The notes under the pieces are model-generated. The model saw only the letters and a program-made list of their open reading frames with translations, searched no databases and was not told the DNA's origin. From Eledone cirrhosa (Eukaryota): 64,000 nt of DNA. The first letter of the stretch is position 1; every line of letters begins with the position of its first letter. Where the stretch lies: the NCBI GenBank assembly GCA_964016885.1, contig OZ024743.1, forward strand, positions 256,246,001-256,310,000. The letters run 5' to 3'. This document shows positions 59,203 through 64,000 of this stretch, piece by piece. A program made the translations under genes and the position numbers.

Positions 59203-59936
59203 AATATGGGGAGAAGAATACTGCATGGTTGCACATGGATAACATGTTATAAAACGAGTCCCTCATCAGTGATTTGCCAACGGTCATTGGTATTTCATTG
59301 CATTAAAAATCATATACCTCATGTTGGTTCAATAATAACTAAAATAAGTTATTAGGACAATTAAAACGCGTAAAGCGAGTGAGACAAGTAAACAACACAG
59401 GGGAAAGCTAACCGAAGATAGGAAGAAACACGAGCTACATAGTTATTCTATCAGTATAAGCTGGTAAGAAATAGACCTATCAGTATAAGCGAGTAAGAAA
59501 TAGACCTTTCGCGATGAATCCGATGTAAGAAAGAAGGAAATCGTTTTCGTAGCGAACGGGGGAAAGTGAGAAGGGGAGAAACAGTGAGTGAGTGAGTGGA
59601 AGTGCGAGGAAGAGGTCAGTAGAGAGAAAGTGTTAACTGACATGACAGAGGGGACGAAAGAAAGTAAGAGAAACAGAGAGAACGAGGGAGCAGTAAGAGA
59701 GAGAGAGAGAGAAAAACAGAATCGCAGTTTAGGTAAATATATGTGAAAAATATGGGGAGAAGAATACTGCATGGTTGCACATGGATAACATGTTATAAAA
59801 TGAGTCCCCCATCAGTGATTTGCCAACGGTCATTGGTATTTCATTGCATTAAAAATCATATACCTTATGTTGGTGCAATAATAACTAAAATAAGTTATTA
59901 GGACAATTAAAACGCGTAAAGCGAGTGAGACAAGTA

Positions 59937-59940
<4 letters not shown>
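59198..59940 (-). mobile_element. Second array of the ~510-bp tandem element (1.4 units, period 546)
   Basis: Reverse-complement homolog of 43974-45108 with the same 3' end. Confidence 0.9.
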
Positions 59941-59987
<47 letters not shown>

Positions 59988-60131
59988 TATATATTAGAAA
60001 GTGATGTATTTTTTACAAAATGAAAAATAACCGAGGTGTCCTACACGAGTGAAAGTATAAAGAAAAAAAGATGAAATCGAAAATGCAACTGGAGCCTTAT
60101 TTTTTTAAAAATATATATATTTATTTGGTTC

Positions 60132-60167
60132 CTTTACCGGTTTCGCAGTTCTTCTGCTTTTCAAAAG
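60132..60167 (-). ncRNA. Minimal hammerhead with U3-A8 core
   Basis: ctt-TTGAAAA-gcag aagaa ctgc-GAAA-c cg g-TA-aag. Confidence 0.65.
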
Positions 60168-60530
60168 TAGAGTTGAGAAGGAGGGTCTGTGGGTTTTCTC
60201 ACATCTGGTTGGTCTCTGAATGTTACTTGTTTAAATGGAAAAGTGGCTCGAAATGCCAGGTTTTTCGAGAAGTAATTTGATTGGTTGATCAATAATTATA
60301 ATAAATGTTGCGCCAGTTCGCGTTACAAAGTTGTTCAAACAAGGGGGGGGGGAGGTCACAGGTTGTTTTTTCATATATGAGTGTTTGAATTTCTTTTTAC
60401 TTAAAAAAAAGGGGTCTCACGAAGGCTTTTTTTTAATAAACGTAATTTGATTGGTTATAAATGAAATTATGGCTGTCACGTGAACAAATAAGGGCGCGAA
60501 AATTTAATGAAAACTTGTTCACGTGACAGC

Positions 60531-62176
60531 TTGATGAATGGCTTGTGAAAGCTGTACAAGCGATGTACAGGGGAGCAGTCAGTAAAGTTAGGGTTAACAA
60601 TGACTATAGTGAGGAATTTAGCATACAGGTCGGTGTCCAGCAGGGCTCTGTTCCTAGCCTGCTTCTGTTTATTATAGTCATCATCATCACCGTTTTACGT
60701 CCGTTCTTCCACGCTAGCATGGGTTAGACGGGTTGTCCTGTTGTGGGCAGTGTCTGGTCGGCTGACCATGCCTTGCTCATACAGGAACTGATTTGGCTAG
60801 ATTTCTACAGCTGGATGCCCTTCCTAACACCAACCTCATTTACAGTGAGTGCTGGGTGCTTTTTCGTGGCGCCTACACGTCCACTTTACAGTGTGGGCTG
60901 GGTGCTTTTTTGCCGTGGCACCTCCATGACCACCTCGTGGTGGTGGTGGTGTGTGTGTGGGGGGGGGGGGGGGGCATAATATCTATATAGTATTGAAGGC
61001 TATAACAGAAGAGTTTAAGACTGGATGTCCATGGGAACTCCTGTATGCAGATTGTCTTACACTTATATCTGAATCTATGGCAGAACTAAATAAGAAATTC
61101 CAAACATGGAAGCAGGGACTAGAAAGGAGTCTCAAAGTCAACTTGATAAAGACTAAGGTCCTTATAAGTAGACGAGAAAACAGAACCCGGATCCCCTCAG
61201 GGAAATGACATTGCTCAGTATGTAGGAAAGGTGTAGGTAGGAACTCCATCCTCTGCCCCAAATGTAAACTATGGGTACACAAGAGATGTAGTGGGATCTC
61301 AGGAAGCTTAGTTAAGAATGTAGGCTTTAGATGTAGCAGTTGCACCGGGACAGTAAGCAGCAAACAGCCACAGGAAACAAGCTCCACCAAACTCTGGGAG
61401 GGCTCTGTAGAAACAGTAGACAGCTTCTGCTACCTAGGTGACCGAATTAGGTGTGGAGGTTGGTGTTTGGAAAGTACAGTAAACAGGGTAAGAACGGTAT
61501 GGAAGAAATACAGGGAGCTACTGCCACTGCTAGATGCAAAAGGCTTTTACCTCAAAATGAAAGGCAGACTGTATGATGCATGTATACAAACAGCAATGTT
61601 ACATGGTAGTGAGATCTGGGTACTGTCTGTGGAAGACTTACATAGATTAGAAAGAAACGAAGCTTGCATGCTCCGATGGATGTGTAATAGTAATATACGC
61701 GAACGGCAAAGCATAAACAAATTGAGAGTGAGACTGAGCATAAGAGGAACCAAATACTGTGTGCAGGAGAGGAGGTTGCATTGGTATGGACATGTGATGC
61801 GTATAAAGGATGACAGCTGCAAAATAAGGTGCAGAGCTCTAGAAGTCAATGGAAGCCTTGGAGTGGGGAGACCCAAGAAGACCTGGGATGAGGTGATAAA
61901 AGACGACCTTACCCAATTACACCTCTCAAAGGCGATGGCATAGGAGCGTGACCTCTGGCGTCACGCAGTAATACAGAGTACCATACATTGTAAATGAGTT
62001 TGCTGCTAGTAAGGGCATTCAGCTGTAGAAATATAGCCAAAATCAGTTCCCGTATGAGCAAGACAAGGTCACCCGACCTGGCACTGCCCACAACAGGAAA
62101 ACCTGTCTAACCCTTGCTAGCGTGGAAGAATTGACACTAAAATGGTGATGATGAGGATGATGATGCTGATGATGCT
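60531..62176 (+). mobile_element. RTE LINE, 5'-truncated, with a nested inverted RTE tail at ~60679-60965
   Basis: VGVQQGSV, PWELLYAD, Cys-rich segment, LYDACIQTAMLHGSE, GRPKKTWD; (GAT)n tail. Confidence 0.92.
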
Positions 62177-62326
62177 GATATATATATATATATATATAGA
62201 TATAAAAATGTGGTTAACTCACCTGATTTGTCTCAGAGTGTGACAACCCATCTATTCCTTGCAAGCTTGGAAAAATAGACATTAAACGAGGATGAAAATT
62301 ATGATGTATGTAAATTTACACAGATA

Positions 62327-62600
62327 TCATCATCATCATCATCATCACCGTTTTACGTCCATTCTTCCACGCTAGCATAGGTTAGACATGTTTTCCTGTT
62401 GTGGGCAGTGTCCGGTCGGCTGACCTTGCCTTGCTCATACGGGAACTGATTCTGGCTTTATTTCTACAGATGGATGCCCTTCCTAACACCAACCTCATTT
62501 ACAGTGAGTGCTGGGTGCTTTTTTTCTATGACACCTACATGTCCACTTTACAGTGTGGGCTGGGTGCTTTTTTTGCTATGGCACCTCCACAACCACTTTC
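62327..62600 (-). mobile_element. RTE 3' tail-only copy (SINE-like); others at ~1808-1955 and 52119-52405
   Basis: (CAT)n followed by ggatgcccttcctaacaccaacc motif. Confidence 0.8.
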
Positions 62601-62800
62601 CATTGGAATGATAGGGACCCCCAGTCCTATCATCTCATTTCTACAGCTGAGTAAACCGGAACAATGTGAAATAAAGTGTCTTGCTCAAAGAAACAACACA
62701 TCACCCGGTCTGAGAATTGAACTCACAACCTTTCGATTGCAAGCCCAATGCTCTAACCACTAAGCCATGCGCCTTCATATATGTATGTGTATATATATAT

Positions 62801-62837
<37 letters not shown>

Positions 62838-63039
62838 AATATATATATATATAAATATATATATATATAAATAGGAACCAGTAAGACCCCGACAGCTGAG
62901 CTCAAGCCGTTTCGACGTCGAAACGGCTTGAGCTCAGCTGTCGGGGTCTTACTGGTTCCTATTACCCACTCTACTACCTCAAGTATTGAGTACTTTGGTG
63001 CGTTATGGTCCACCTGGTTCCTTACCACATTTCCTTCGT

Positions 63040-63089
<50 letters not shown>

Positions 63090-63165
63090 CACACACGCAC
63101 ACACACACATATATATATATATGTTTATATATATGTGTATATATATATATATATATACATATATA

Positions 63166-63223
<58 letters not shown>

Positions 63224-64000
63224 CGTGTATATATGTATGTGTCTATATATGTATATGTGTATATATATGTGTATATATATATATATATATATGTGTGTAT
63301 ATATATATATATATATGTATACTCACACCCTTACATACATATGCATGCATATATGTATATATATATGTAAGCATACACACACAAACTCATACTCATACAC
63401 ACACACACATATATATAAACCCACATATATCTATACATACATACATCAACAGCAAGCAAGAAAGATAGATACTTAGATGGCTATGTCTCAGACTCTCTTC
63501 CAATATATACAGAGAAACACTTTGCTAATAGGATATTATTTAAATGAAATGACATTATAATGCTCCAACATTATACCTATACTGCTATATTTGGAAGGAC
63601 TAATCACCATTTTCGATGTCACACTATTGCATTCTTTCTTTAACTGCTATTTTTTCCCCTTCTTCTTCGTTGGTTTTCTCACTAAAATTGCTCTCTAACA
63701 AGACGCACTAAAATACACATATTATTATATCGCCCCAAACATTAATGTTGCAAACAATGAGAGCTGAAAATATCATTTTTCTTATATTTTTAGCCCAACT
63801 CTAAGTAAGTAACTTCAACTGTTAACACAACGCTAGATGTATCAATTATCACCTCTCAGAAAATAGATCTAATGTTTAACTACATATGAGTTCAATTTGG
63901 CATGCAATGTCTTTTTTTTTCTTTTCCTTTTGCCATGAGATGGTGATTTGGTAGAGTCATTAGTCACTATCAACATTTTACATATGCCTTTCTATACTGG

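Overview
AT-rich, microsatellite-dense animal genomic DNA with no host exon I can support; the repeat content suggests a cephalopod such as octopus (inference only). It is a mosaic of (TA)n/(CA)n tracts, decayed RTE-clade LINEs and their 3' tails, tRNA-derived SINEs, three Penelope-like retroelement (PLE) remnants (two with RT plus GIY-YIG, one GIY-YIG only), a mariner deletion derivative, a Helitron fragment and piggyBac-like MITE remnants. Most ORFs in the supplied track are microsatellite translations. The main signal is at the RNA level: about 11 unrelated repeat families inserted in (TA)n tracts each carry a hammerhead ribozyme (HHR) motif, many sit in fold-back palindromes, and several have variant cores (U3-A8, C4, A4, long helix II). 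The best candidate for a new system is a ~510-bp tandem retrozyme-like element (43974-45108 and 59198-59940). Its HHR strands are in non-circularly permuted order, with a four-way junction in place of helix II and compensatory changes between copies. All folds were read by eye and are untested.
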